Shown: piece by piece, positions 55,582 through 64,000 of the stretch
Position numbering within the stretch: the stretch's first letter is position 1
Layout: each line of letters begins with the position of its first letter
NCBI GenBank assembly: GCA_028715345.1
Contig: JAQUSB010000001.1
Coordinates: 40,047 to 104,046, forward strand
Source: Candidatus Omnitrophota bacterium
GTDB lineage: Bacteria > Omnitrophota > Gorgyraeia > 2-01-FULL-45-10
Direction of reading: 5' to 3'
DNA length: 64,000 nucleotides
Translations under genes and position numbers: made by a program
Notes under the pieces: model-generated
Database searches by the model: none
What the model saw: the letters and a program-made list of their open reading frames with translations, nothing else
What the model was told of the DNA's origin: nothing

Positions 55582-57846
55582 TTATTTATAGATTATATCA
55601 CGACTGCGCAAAAATATTAAAACAACCGCGAGGTTAAGGAACGCAACGGCTAAACAGCTCTGGACCAGGCCCAGTACGGGGATCATAAATACACCCGTCA
55701 GGGCCGCGCCCAGGCAGGAGCCTAACAGATCGAGCCCGTAAGTCAGCCCTGCCGAAGAGCCGGCAGCCGCCTCTTTTTTGCCGGCCAGGTATATCCTGTT
55801 GGACAGGGCAAATAGCGCCCCTCCCTGCAACCCTGCTAATAAGGACAGCGCGGGAAAGAAAATGGCGGCGCCGAACCAATGGGCGTAGCCGGTCTTGGCG
55901 GCCGAGATCAGGTTGACCGCGGCCGGGAATATGAATGCATAGACTGCGATGCTTAATTGAACGACGAGAAATTTTATCTTCGATCTCCCGGGGCCGGCAT
56001 CGGCCCTCGATTCATACCATCCGGCCAGGGCGAGCCCGAGCATGAAAAACGTAAATAACATGCCGAGCTTGAAATACAGATACCCGTATATGACCTGGAA
56101 CGAGAATAAGAGCATTATCTGTATCGCAGCCTGGCTGAATCCCATCACGAAAACGCCGGCTAACGCGGGCTTGGCGGAATTCCCGGTATTCTTTAAGCCC
56201 AATAGCATAATAAAAATGCCGGCCAATGCAAATACCGACCAGATGATGCCGCCGGAAGCCGTTCTTAAAACATTCGTCATCAGCGAATCGCGGAATTGCG
56301 ATGCCCAATAGATGATGGCGTAATAATACGACGACGGCCTGAAGTCGAAATTGATCCTCGCTCCGGATCTTTTAAGCGCGTCTTCCGTGTAGCGGACCTT
56401 GTCGGCAGACATCCTGGCAAACAGATAATCCTCCCGCATATATTGCAGATCGAGCTGCCGCTCCTCCGCTCTCCGCATCAGCAATTTGTAGTCATAAGTA
56501 AGCCCTCCGGGGCTTTCGGATGCCAGGAAATACGCGGTATTGCCGGGGATGACTTTCACGTCCGCAAATTCCTTCTGCAGGGTCGCGCGGACCGAACTTA
56601 GGTATTCGGACATATCCGGATCTATATAGCTTTCGGAACCGCTCAGGCCGAAACTTATTATGCCCCCGTCCGTTAAAACATTTTTTGCTTCGCGGAAAAA
56701 GTCGCGGGTGTAAAACCGGTTCAACTGCGCCGTATACGGGTCTCCGAGGTCTATTATGATGCAGTCATATTTATTTCCGGTCGTCTTGATAAAATAGCGG
56801 CCGTCCATATTTTTGATCGAGACCCTGCCGTCGTCGAGGGCTTTCGTGTATCCGCGCGCGAGGAAGCTGCGCGCAAGCCTGACCAGTTCCGGGTCGAGCT
56901 CGACGTAATCGATATGCCTGACCGGATATTTCAATATTTCATCGACGAGGCCGCCTATCCCCCCGCCTATCAGAAGTATGTTCTTCGGGTCTTTATGTTC
57001 CAAAAGGCAGAAATGGACCGCTTCTTCGGAGATCTTTTTATCCGGCACACTGCAAAACCTTATCCCGTTATTAATGAAAGATATCTGCCCGTCCCTTTTT
57101 AACGTGACCAGGTTGGCGTAAACGGAGTTCCTCGCGTCCAGGACTTCGTAGCCCTTCCACTGCTTTTTGAATGAAAATATCTCCGCGTTTTTCCATCCCT
57201 GCAACATCCATACCAGGCCCAGCGAAATTATGATCACGGCCGCGCCGGCTCGCGCCATTCTTTTTTGCGGCGCCTCGGCAAAGAAGAAAGCCGCGGCCGC
57301 ATTGAGCAGGCTGAGCACGGACATTATTTCGAAGGAATTAAAATATCTCAACAGGACGAGGCTTACGATGCCACCGCCCAGGATAGACCCGAACGCTTCC
57401 ATGGCATAAACCCTGCCGATGCCCGACGCTTTATCTTTTATTTCGTATATCCGGCACGCCAGTATGAACATGAAACCCATGACGGCGCATAACGGGATCA
57501 GGACAGCGATACTTGAAAATGCCAGGATATGAAAAGGAAGGATCTGCCCGGGGTTGATACCTAAGATCGGCCTTATCAGCCTGATGAGCAATATCCCGAA
57601 CGGCAGGAATATACTCAGGAATATCTGCAGCAGCACGAAAACGAGGTTCTTCCGTTTTATTCTGTCGGCAAGCTTTCTCAATAATAACGCGCCGACGGCG
57701 CCCGACAGCATCCAGCCGGCCAGTATTATACCGACGGAAAGCTCGTCCCCGGAAAAGACGATAAGGAATTCCCGGATGAAGACTATCTGGGAAGCCATCG
57801 CGGTGGCTCCGAGGCATATTATGGAGAAGAGTAAAGGCTTTTTCAT
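55582..57846 (-). CDS. spermidine/spermine synthase-like domain flanked by N- and C-terminal multi-helix membrane domains
   Basis: 754 aa. N-terminal ~8 TM helices, then a central aminopropyltransferase-like SAM-binding fold (LLIGGGIGGL...DYVELDPELV...IIIDLGDP), then ~8 C-terminal TM helices. Confidence 0.65.
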   Translation of the reverse strand: MKKPLLFSIICLGATAMASQIVFIREFLIVFSGDELSVGIILAGWMLSGAVGALLLRKLADRIKRKNLVFVLLQIFLSIFLPFGILLIRLIRPILGINPGQILPFHILAFSSIAVLIPLCAVMGFMFILACRIYEIKDKASGIGRVYAMEAFGSILGGGIVSLVLLRYFNSFEIMSVLSLLNAAAAFFFAEAPQKRMARAGAAVIIISLGLVWMLQGWKNAEIFSFKKQWKGYEVLDARNSVYANLVTLKRDGQISFINNGIRFCSVPDKKISEEAVHFCLLEHKDPKNILLIGGGIGGLVDEILKYPVRHIDYVELDPELVRLARSFLARGYTKALDDGRVSIKNMDGRYFIKTTGNKYDCIIIDLGDPYTAQLNRFYTRDFFREAKNVLTDGGIISFGLSGSESYIDPDMSEYLSSVRATLQKEFADVKVIPGNTAYFLASESPGGLTYDYKLLMRRAEERQLDLQYMREDYLFARMSADKVRYTEDALKRSGARINFDFRPSSYYYAIIYWASQFRDSLMTNVLRTASGGIIWSVFALAGIFIMLLGLKNTGNSAKPALAGVFVMGFSQAAIQIMLLFSFQVIYGYLYFKLGMLFTFFMLGLALAGWYESRADAGPGRSKIKFLVVQLSIAVYAFIFPAAVNLISAAKTGYAHWFGAAIFFPALSLLAGLQGGALFALSNRIYLAGKKEAAAGSSAGLTYGLDLLGSCLGAALTGVFMIPVLGLVQSCLAVAFLNLAVVLIFLRSRDIIYK

Positions 57847-57851
57847 TGTTT

Positions 57852-58502
57852 TTAGCCCAATATGAAAATTACGCCGAACAGTATCAGAACTGCCGCGCAG
57901 ATCGACCTGAATATCATGTTAGCTGCCGGAGACATGGCAAATTTTTTCGGGAATACATTTAATACGCCCGTTATCCCGGCGGCAAGGATCAAACCTGAGA
58001 AAAAAGTGCCCAACCCGAACGCGAGACCGTAAACGGCGCCCTGCAGGAATGTTTTAGATACGAGCGCGATCTCCGTCAAGAGCCCTATTAAAGGAGGGCA
58101 CGGGCTCACTCCTACCATAAAACCGAAGACGAAGGAGCCGCCGCCATGCAAAACCCGGTGGACGCGCCCCGAACAGGCTTCTCCCATCTTTTGCCTGTAG
58201 AAAAAGATATATATCCCGAAGAGGATACTTATAACGCCCGCGGCGGGTCTAAAATAAAAAGAGATGTTCGAGCCGGTAAATTGGCGCAATATTACGCCGG
58301 ACAATCCCGCTAAAAACCCGAGCGCCGTGTAGGCGAGGACTCTCCCGGATAAAAATACGGCGATCACAAAAAGTACTTTTTTATAGCCCTCTTTTATGCC
58401 GGCGCCGAGGGCAAGAGTTATCGGAAGGCAGTAAAGAAGGCACGGCCCGCTGATCCCGAGGATAAAACCTATGGAAAAAACCTGTAATGCAGGAATGAGC
58501 AT
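57852..58502 (-). CDS. ccdA: CcdA/DsbD-family thiol-disulfide transmembrane electron transporter
   Basis: 216 aa with six TM helices. Conserved Cys in TM1 (ISGPCLLYCLP) and TM4 (GVSPCPPLIG). Confidence 0.6.
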   Translation of the reverse strand: MLIPALQVFSIGFILGISGPCLLYCLPITLALGAGIKEGYKKVLFVIAVFLSGRVLAYTALGFLAGLSGVILRQFTGSNISFYFRPAAGVISILFGIYIFFYRQKMGEACSGRVHRVLHGGGSFVFGFMVGVSPCPPLIGLLTEIALVSKTFLQGAVYGLAFGLGTFFSGLILAAGITGVLNVFPKKFAMSPAANMIFRSICAAVLILFGVIFILG

Positions 58503-59613
58503 CTACTTTTCCCAGCGCCCCGCGACCGGATAACCGCAATAAGCGCATTTGCCGTCTTTTATATTTACTTCCCTTACCCTGTAACCTGTGCGGGAGACTA
58601 AAAGTTTCCCGCAATTCGGGCAATACGTATTCTCGTACACGTTGACAAAAGGGACGTTGCCGATATAGACATACTTTAACCCGACGCTCTTTGCGATCCT
58701 GTATGCCTCTTCCAATTTCTCGATCGGAGTGGGCGGAAGATTGGCCAATTTGAACGCAGGCGTAAAACGGCTGAAATGCAGAGGCACGTCATCGCCGACA
58801 TTTTCCTTTATCCATACGCACATTTTCCGTATCTCTTCGGGGCTGTCGTTCTGCCCGGGGATGACTAAGTTCGTTATCTCGAGCCAGACGCCTTCTTTTT
58901 TTTACCGTCTTGATCGTATCGAGGACCGGCTGCAGTTCGGCGAACGCCCCCATCTTCCGGTAAAAAGCTTCATTGAAACCCTTCAGGTCGATATTCACCG
59001 CGTCCATATATTTGAGCAGCTCTTTAAGCGGCGCTTCATTTATGTAACCGCATGAATGCATCGTATTCTTTATCCCCTTCTGGCGGGCGAGCTTAGCGAT
59101 ATCGAGCATATACTCATAAAAAACGGTCGGCTCGGTGTAAGTGTACGCGATGTATTTACAATCGTTCTTTACGGCAGCTTCGACGATCTCTTCGGGCGGG
59201 GTGAAACGGCTCTTCACTTCGTCGGGCTTCGCCTGCGAGATCTGCCAGTTCTGGCAAAAGAGGCAGCGCATATTGCACCCCGCCGCCGCTATAGAAAACG
59301 CCTTTTCCCCCGGAGCGACGTGAAAGAACGGCTTCTTCTCTATAGGGTCGATGTGCAGAGCTACCGGCTTGCCGTATCCCAAAGCGTAAAGAGTGCCGCC
59401 CCTGTTTTCGCGCGCCGTGCAGAAACCGCGCGCGCCGTCGCGGATAACGCATTTGCGCGGGCATAGTTTGCACTGTATGACGGTGTCCTTGAATTTTTCC
59501 CAGTAACTCGCGACATGAGGCCCATCCTGTTTCCCTGCCGGGGCAGCCGGCGCGACGGCAAAAGTAACCGCGCATAGCGCCGCGACGAATATGAGAGCAG
59601 GTTTCGTTCTCAT
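58503..59613 (-). pseudogene. AmmeMemoRadiSam-type radical SAM enzyme (PflA/COG1180 family) disrupted by a +1 frameshift in an A8 tract
   Basis: Two overlapping ORFs, 58789..59613 and 58503..58823, together cover one protein. N-terminal part carries YWEKF...CKLCPRKCVIRDGARGFC...GCNMRCLFCQNWQIS. C-terminal part carries HFSRFTP...PPTP...CPNCG...CAYCGYPVAGRW. The frame changes at plus-strand T8 (58896-58903); reading A7 restores ...TVKKEGVWLEITNLVIPGQND.... Confidence 0.65.
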
Positions 59614-60212
59614 TACTTTACGAAGAACATCAGGACGGGGGCGATTAGGAGGGCATATAAACTTATCACGGGATATATGAATGACATCAGAGCGGCAAAT
59701 AAAGACACGAGCGGAAAGACTAAAAGTTTCTTCTTTTCTTTATCGATATAGCGACGCGTGACCGTTTCGCTTATCAGCCTGTAGCCTTTTGCCGCGTATG
59801 CCCAGTTAAAATAATTGAATACGCCCACTACGAACATATTCGAGGCGAGGAACGCTTCTGCGACCGGATCCGTCGGGAACTTGTTGACCAGAGACGAGGA
59901 GAACGGGATGAGCGCTATGAACATCAGGGTCAAGACGCTTATCCATAAATGGGCGCGGTCGGTGTGTTGTATAAAATGGGCCTGGTTATGGTGCACGAAC
60001 CAGAGGTAACCCAGCGTAATGAAGACTATCATGTAAACGATGATGTCCTGGAAACAGCCGGTGAGGAACTGCTCGATGCTTACGGTCCTGAATACGCTGA
60101 TATCATGCGGGACTTTTATATCCAGCACCAATATGGTCATGACGATGGCAAATATGCCGTCCGTCAGGGCGCTTATCCTATGCGGTAAAACTTTATTCTG
60201 CGTTACGTTCAT
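59613..60212 (-). CDS. DUF1211/TMEM175-family membrane protein
   Basis: 199 aa. N-terminal RISALTDGIFAIVMTILVLDIKVP is the TMEM175 signature helix. The stop overlaps the radical SAM start as TAATG. Confidence 0.6.
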   Translation of the reverse strand: MNVTQNKVLPHRISALTDGIFAIVMTILVLDIKVPHDISVFRTVSIEQFLTGCFQDIIVYMIVFITLGYLWFVHHNQAHFIQHTDRAHLWISVLTLMFIALIPFSSSLVNKFPTDPVAEAFLASNMFVVGVFNYFNWAYAAKGYRLISETVTRRYIDKEKKKLLVFPLVSLFAALMSFIYPVISLYALLIAPVLMFFVK

Positions 60213-60244
60213 AGTTAGTTATAGTATATCATATTTTTGCCGGA

Positions 60245-61870
60245 TTATTGCCCGGCGCCTTCCGCGTATTTTTCGTATCCGGCCAGCGCCATGCCGAGCG
60301 AGGCCTTGGCCCAGTTCAGCGGGACTATGGGCGACGGCAAATAATATTTTTGCCCGTCCACGACCACCGTATTTATGCTCTCCGGCAGCAACCAAGGCTG
60401 GGCGGTGTTGCCGTCCGCTGTAATAGAACCGCCCGTGATCTGGCCGAGCGCGCGCTTAATGTGGACCGCAGCTAAGTATATATCCTGTTCGCGGAGCTTC
60501 GGGTCTTTTGTTATCCCGGCGAGATGCAGCCGCGCCATTGCCAGCAGGCTGTCGAAAAACCACTGCGCTTCGGTATCGGGGATAAGCCCGCCCAGCCGGC
60601 CCAGGAAAGCGTCTTTCGAAGACGTGTCCGCCGTAAGGGACGCGCTGTCTTTGCCGGAAGGCTTTATCCAGAAATTCCCGCCCTGGTAGCTGTCGTTGTT
60701 ATACCGCAGGACGCCCGCCGGACGTTTGAGCGTTTCCACTATAAGGAGCGCTTTTCTCATCTCTTCTTCGCTCAACCCCTCGAGCGGCGAAGGCTGTATC
60801 AAAGTTATTAGCGCTGCGTCTGCCCGACGAAAATGTATGTCTTCCGGCTTGTAATCCGGCGACTCTCCCCCGAGGAACAGCTGGTATCTGACGGTCTCCA
60901 GGCCTTTATTTACAAGAAACGTTAAATTGCCGTCCGACCAGGATCTCTTTATATTTTCGTTCTCTTTTTTGAGCATAGGAAAAAACTTTTTGCGCAAAGC
61001 GTCCGCCGGCTTCTCTTTATTTTTATACAAAAGATCGCACCAGGCTTCGAGAGAGCGCGCGGCGAGGCCTATACTGGAGGTATTTTTACGGGTTATCTCT
61101 TCCCATGAGCCTGCGTCCTCATAATCGTAGAAAGATATGGCTGAAAGGAACGACGGGTATAAGCTCAAGGCTTTGAATCTTTTCTCGGTCAGGTCGTCAG
61201 GCGTCAGGAGGCCTTTTGTGAATGCCTCTGCCAAAGCCGTAAAAAATATCCCGTGAGCGTCGATCTGCCTGTGATTCCAATGCTGCGGCTTTCCGTCTAT
61301 TATGACATCGTCCAGGGCGGGCGAACTGCCGTCGAACCGTATGTGAGGCACCGCCATTTCGTCCTGCGCGATCGCGGGATCCGCTATCACACCGGAAAAA
61401 CGTTTATACTGCGCGTCCGTAGAATAGTAATCCCATAATGCCAGGATAAGGCGCCGCGCGTCATTCCGGCGGGCCGGGTCTTCGAGAAGCGAATAATATA
61501 CCCATACATTGTCCCTGACCCATATGGCGTCGTAGTGCGTCGCGTCTTTTTCTTTCTCGGCGCTGCGCGAGGCGGCAGGAGCGAAACCCCTGTCATTAAG
61601 TTTTATGTAAAGGCTGTCCTTCAATGCCCGGCGTATATCGGATAAAGCTTTCTTGTCTATTTTGGCCTTTACCCAATCCGCGACTTTGTCGTTGAACACG
61701 GTTATGAATTCACCTTCGGGCGAAAGGACGGTCCGGCAGGGCTTTGCTGAAAGGAGATATTGTTTTACGTTATCGTATCCGGCGGTGCCCCGGTTTTCCT
61801 GGGCGAAGGCGGCGCCGGAGGCCAGAAGTAAACCTATAGTCAGACTTATTACGCGTTTATTCGCCGTCAT
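60245..61870 (-). CDS. secreted glycoside hydrolase family 15 (glucoamylase-like) protein
   Basis: 541 aa with a signal peptide. IWVRDNVW matches the W.RD motif and GSWEE the catalytic acid region of the GH15 (alpha/alpha)6 barrel. Confidence 0.65.
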   Translation of the reverse strand: MTANKRVISLTIGLLLASGAAFAQENRGTAGYDNVKQYLLSAKPCRTVLSPEGEFITVFNDKVADWVKAKIDKKALSDIRRALKDSLYIKLNDRGFAPAASRSAEKEKDATHYDAIWVRDNVWVYYSLLEDPARRNDARRLILALWDYYSTDAQYKRFSGVIADPAIAQDEMAVPHIRFDGSSPALDDVIIDGKPQHWNHRQIDAHGIFFTALAEAFTKGLLTPDDLTEKRFKALSLYPSFLSAISFYDYEDAGSWEEITRKNTSSIGLAARSLEAWCDLLYKNKEKPADALRKKFFPMLKKENENIKRSWSDGNLTFLVNKGLETVRYQLFLGGESPDYKPEDIHFRRADAALITLIQPSPLEGLSEEEMRKALLIVETLKRPAGVLRYNNDSYQGGNFWIKPSGKDSASLTADTSSKDAFLGRLGGLIPDTEAQWFFDSLLAMARLHLAGITKDPKLREQDIYLAAVHIKRALGQITGGSITADGNTAQPWLLPESINTVVVDGQKYYLPSPIVPLNWAKASLGMALAGYEKYAEGAGQ

Positions 61871-62325
61871 TTAAGCAGATCGCCGCGGCCGACTTCGTAA
61901 TCGCCGATCTGGCGCTCGTATTCTTCCGTCATCATGCTCGAAGATATTATGAAATCTGCCGACGCGCGATTGCAGGCCGCCGGAATATTGTAAACGACCG
62001 CTATTCGTAAAAGCGCTTTAACGTCCACGTCATGAGGCTGGGGCTGCATGGGATCCCAGAAAAATATAAGGAAATCTATCTCGGAATTCGCTATCTTCGC
62101 GCCGACCTGCTGGTCTCCGCCCAGAGGGCCGCTTTTCAATTTATTGATCTTAAGCCCAAGTTCGCGCTCAAGTATGGCCCCCGTCGTCCCGGTAGCGATA
62201 AGTTCGTGTTTTGCCAGGGAACCTTTATTGAACTTTGCCCACTCGAGCAGGTCCTTCTTCTCATTATCATGCGCTATAAGAGCGATACGTTTTTTCACCG
62301 CCATCTTAATGGTCTTTGTCTGCAT
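61867..62325 (-). CDS. mgsA: methylglyoxal synthase
   Basis: 152 aa with [24 protein letters not shown] and FFWDP motifs. Confidence 0.85.
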   Translation of the reverse strand: MQTKTIKMAVKKRIALIAHDNEKKDLLEWAKFNKGSLAKHELIATGTTGAILERELGLKINKLKSGPLGGDQQVGAKIANSEIDFLIFFWDPMQPQPHDVDVKALLRIAVVYNIPAACNRASADFIISSSMMTEEYERQIGDYEVGRGDLLK

Positions 62326-62445
62326 CCGTCCTCCTTATCTTATTATTTGAAGTATGCCACAACCAACCGAAAAATACAAATTTATCGAGCCTTTGCGCGG
62401 GGTTTTGTATATAATCATATATAGGATAAAAGAAAGGATGCGGTT

Positions 62446-63156
62446 ATGCATAATTTTATCGGGGAATTATTCGGAACGATGGTATTGGTATTGCTCGGGG
62501 ACGGGGTGGTCGCGAATGTCCTCCTGAAAAAAAGTAAAGGCGAGAATTCCGGCTGGATGGTCATCGCCAGCGGGTGGGGCCTCGGCGTGGCTATAGCCGT
62601 TTACGTCGCCGGCTGGGTCAGCGGAGCGCACATCAACCCTGCCGTTACGCTGGGGTTCCTGGTGATCGGTAAAATAGCGCTGAAAGATGTGCCGTATTAT
62701 ATCGCGGGCCAATTGATAGGCGCTTTTCTGGGCGCGGTGATCGTATGGCTGGCGTACCTGCCGCACTGGAAAGTGACCGAAGATCCCGACAAGAAACTTT
62801 CGGTTTTCTGCACTATGCCCGCTGTGCGCAATTACAAAGCGAACCTTCTCTGCGAGATCATAGGCACCGCCATGCTCCTTATGGGCATACTCGGGATATT
62901 CAACGTCCACAATTCGATCGGCAGCGGCGTCGGGCCGTATCTGGTCGGCATACTCATATTCAGTATAGGGCTTTCCATAGGCGGCCCTACGGGTTACGCC
63001 ATAAACCCCGCGCGAGATCTTATGCCGCGCATCGCCCACGCGGTCCTCCCTATCCCCGGGAAACGCGATCCCGATTGGGCATATTCATGGGTACCTGTCG
63101 TCGGGCCGCTAATAGGCAGCGTCCTGGGCGCAGGACTTTATCACATTATATTTTGA
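62446..63156 (+). CDS. glpF: aquaglyceroporin / glycerol uptake facilitator (MIP family)
   Basis: 236 aa with the two MIP signature boxes SGAHINPAVT and NPARD. Confidence 0.85.
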   Translation: MHNFIGELFGTMVLVLLGDGVVANVLLKKSKGENSGWMVIASGWGLGVAIAVYVAGWVSGAHINPAVTLGFLVIGKIALKDVPYYIAGQLIGAFLGAVIVWLAYLPHWKVTEDPDKKLSVFCTMPAVRNYKANLLCEIIGTAMLLMGILGIFNVHNSIGSGVGPYLVGILIFSIGLSIGGPTGYAINPARDLMPRIAHAVLPIPGKRDPDWAYSWVPVVGPLIGSVLGAGLYHIIF

Positions 63157-63160
63157 GGGC

Positions 63161-64000
63161 TTACTTGTTTTTCGGCCGGGCGAGGAATGCGAACGACACG
63201 CACCATATGATCAGCGTTGCGACCGATGGGACGCCCCATTCGTCGAACGGGCCGAGATGGCCCACGGCCTGTGCCAGGAAAGCGAGCAAACTGCTCCACA
63301 TGAGGGCCTGGTAGGACAAAGAATTTCGCGGCAGGTCATCGAGATACAAAAATATCGGGAAGAATATCGAGAAGAAGACCGTATAGTGGTGCATTTCATT
63401 GACAGGCGAAGCCAATAACATCAGTATCGCGAAAAGCGAATACTCGAGCATTATCCGATTCGGCGATGACGGTCCTTTTTTCCGCCTGCTGACGAAAGCG
63501 AGCGCAACCAGCGCTATGCCGCTGAACGCCCGGACGCCCCACTTCACCCAAAAATTACCATAAGCCGCTAAATTGGTTTCGGTCTGGTAAAACCACCGCG
63601 TAAGCGTAGCGTAAAGGGATTGGTTGTCTGCGGATATCGGGGTGGCCAACTGTCCCCATATACGGCTATTTTTACCGGTGCTCGATACTGCCTGACTTAA
63701 AGTATTATGCCACTCATTTAAGAATAACCAATTCCTCTCCGGGCCGATCACCAAAGACGGGAAAGCCAGGGCGAAAAATAATATGCCCAGCGCGGCGGAT
63801 GCGACTATCTTCCATTCCCTTTTGACGATAAAGAACACTATGAGAAACGCCAGCGGGCTTGATTTCAGTACGACCGCGAAGGCAAAAAGAATTCCCGCCC
63901 AGACACCCCACCCTTTCATATACAGGTATAGTATTGCGACCGCAAAAAAAGCTACCATCACTCCGGTCTGGGCCCGCGTTATCGATTCCAGTATTGAAGG
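63161..64000 (-). CDS. polytopic membrane protein, DUF2029/GT87-like (partial; N-terminus beyond window end)
   Basis: Minus-strand ORF stays open through position 64000. More than eight TM helices. Weak resemblance to GT87/DUF2029 mannosyltransferase-type proteins. Confidence 0.4.
   Translation of the reverse strand, partial: PSILESITRAQTGVMVAFFAVAILYLYMKGWGVWAGILFAFAVVLKSSPLAFLIVFFIVKREWKIVASAALGILFFALAFPSLVIGPERNWLFLNEWHNTLSQAVSSTGKNSRIWGQLATPISADNQSLYATLTRWFYQTETNLAAYGNFWVKWGVRAFSGIALVALAFVSRRKKGPSSPNRIMLEYSLFAILMLLASPVNEMHHYTVFFSIFFPIFLYLDDLPRNSLSYQALMWSSLLAFLAQAVGHLGPFDEWGVPSVATLIIWCVSFAFLARPKNK

Noticed and set aside
1-64000. Searched for CRISPR arrays, integrases, transposases, phage structural genes and restriction-modification or known defence modules
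   Set aside because: No regularly spaced direct repeats and no recombinase or transposase-like ORFs. The only mobile-type element seen is the group I intron.

Overview
This 64 kb window is chromosomal DNA from a bacterium of unidentified lineage. It is gene-dense, almost all on the minus strand, and I see no prophage, integrase or CRISPR array.

RNA genes, in coordinate order:
- tRNA-Arg(CCG) at 600..675.
- A tRNA-Arg(UCU) gene at 8685..9243 split by a 482-nt group I intron. The intron carries a Shine-Dalgarno-equipped 99-codon ORF that looks like a PD-(D/E)XK homing endonuclease.
- tRNA-Pro(UGG) at 9264..9340.
- tRNA-Leu(CAG) at 16102..16186.
- smpB followed by the tmRNA gene ssrA (16772..17187) and two hairpins.

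Protein-coding content, in coordinate order:
- A UvrD-type helicase, a GH3-family adenylating enzyme and two HD-GYP phosphodiesterases.
- rdgB, rph and a two-subunit class I fumarase.
- A queD-queC-queE-queF queuosine operon, followed by murI and an Amidase_3 lipoprotein.
- A YdjC-type deacetylase, a GT2 and an ArnT-like GT-C that together resemble a polyprenyl-phosphate hexosamine transfer cassette.
- A nickel module: nikR, hypA, an OprB-type porin and a CbiMNQO-type ECF transporter whose ATPase ends in a His-rich tail.
- hldD, a CNNM-like protein and MarC.
- Two GH57 genes next to a DUF4912 gene, and later a GH15 gene.
- Secreted coiled-coil and peptidoglycan-binding lipoproteins around an aminotransferase and Lrp pair.
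- An aldolase, GTP-PEPCK, a Zn-dependent alcohol dehydrogenase, a flavodoxin, a ZIP transporter, an acyl-CoA ligase, glycosyltransferases and TPR proteins.
- mgsA and glpF near the right end of the window.

The most unusual loci are the intron-split tRNA-Arg and a tightly coupled seven-gene operon at 53.6-60.2 kb. That operon runs DUF1211, an AmmeMemoRadiSam-type radical SAM enzyme, CcdA, a spermidine-synthase/membrane fusion, a membrane polyferredoxin, a secreted nitroreductase-family protein and a Pro-rich secreted protein. Its radical SAM gene is broken by a +1 frameshift in an A8 homopolymer and has an unusual N-terminal hydrophobic extension.

Every family assignment is read from sequence motifs by eye. 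I could not run any search.
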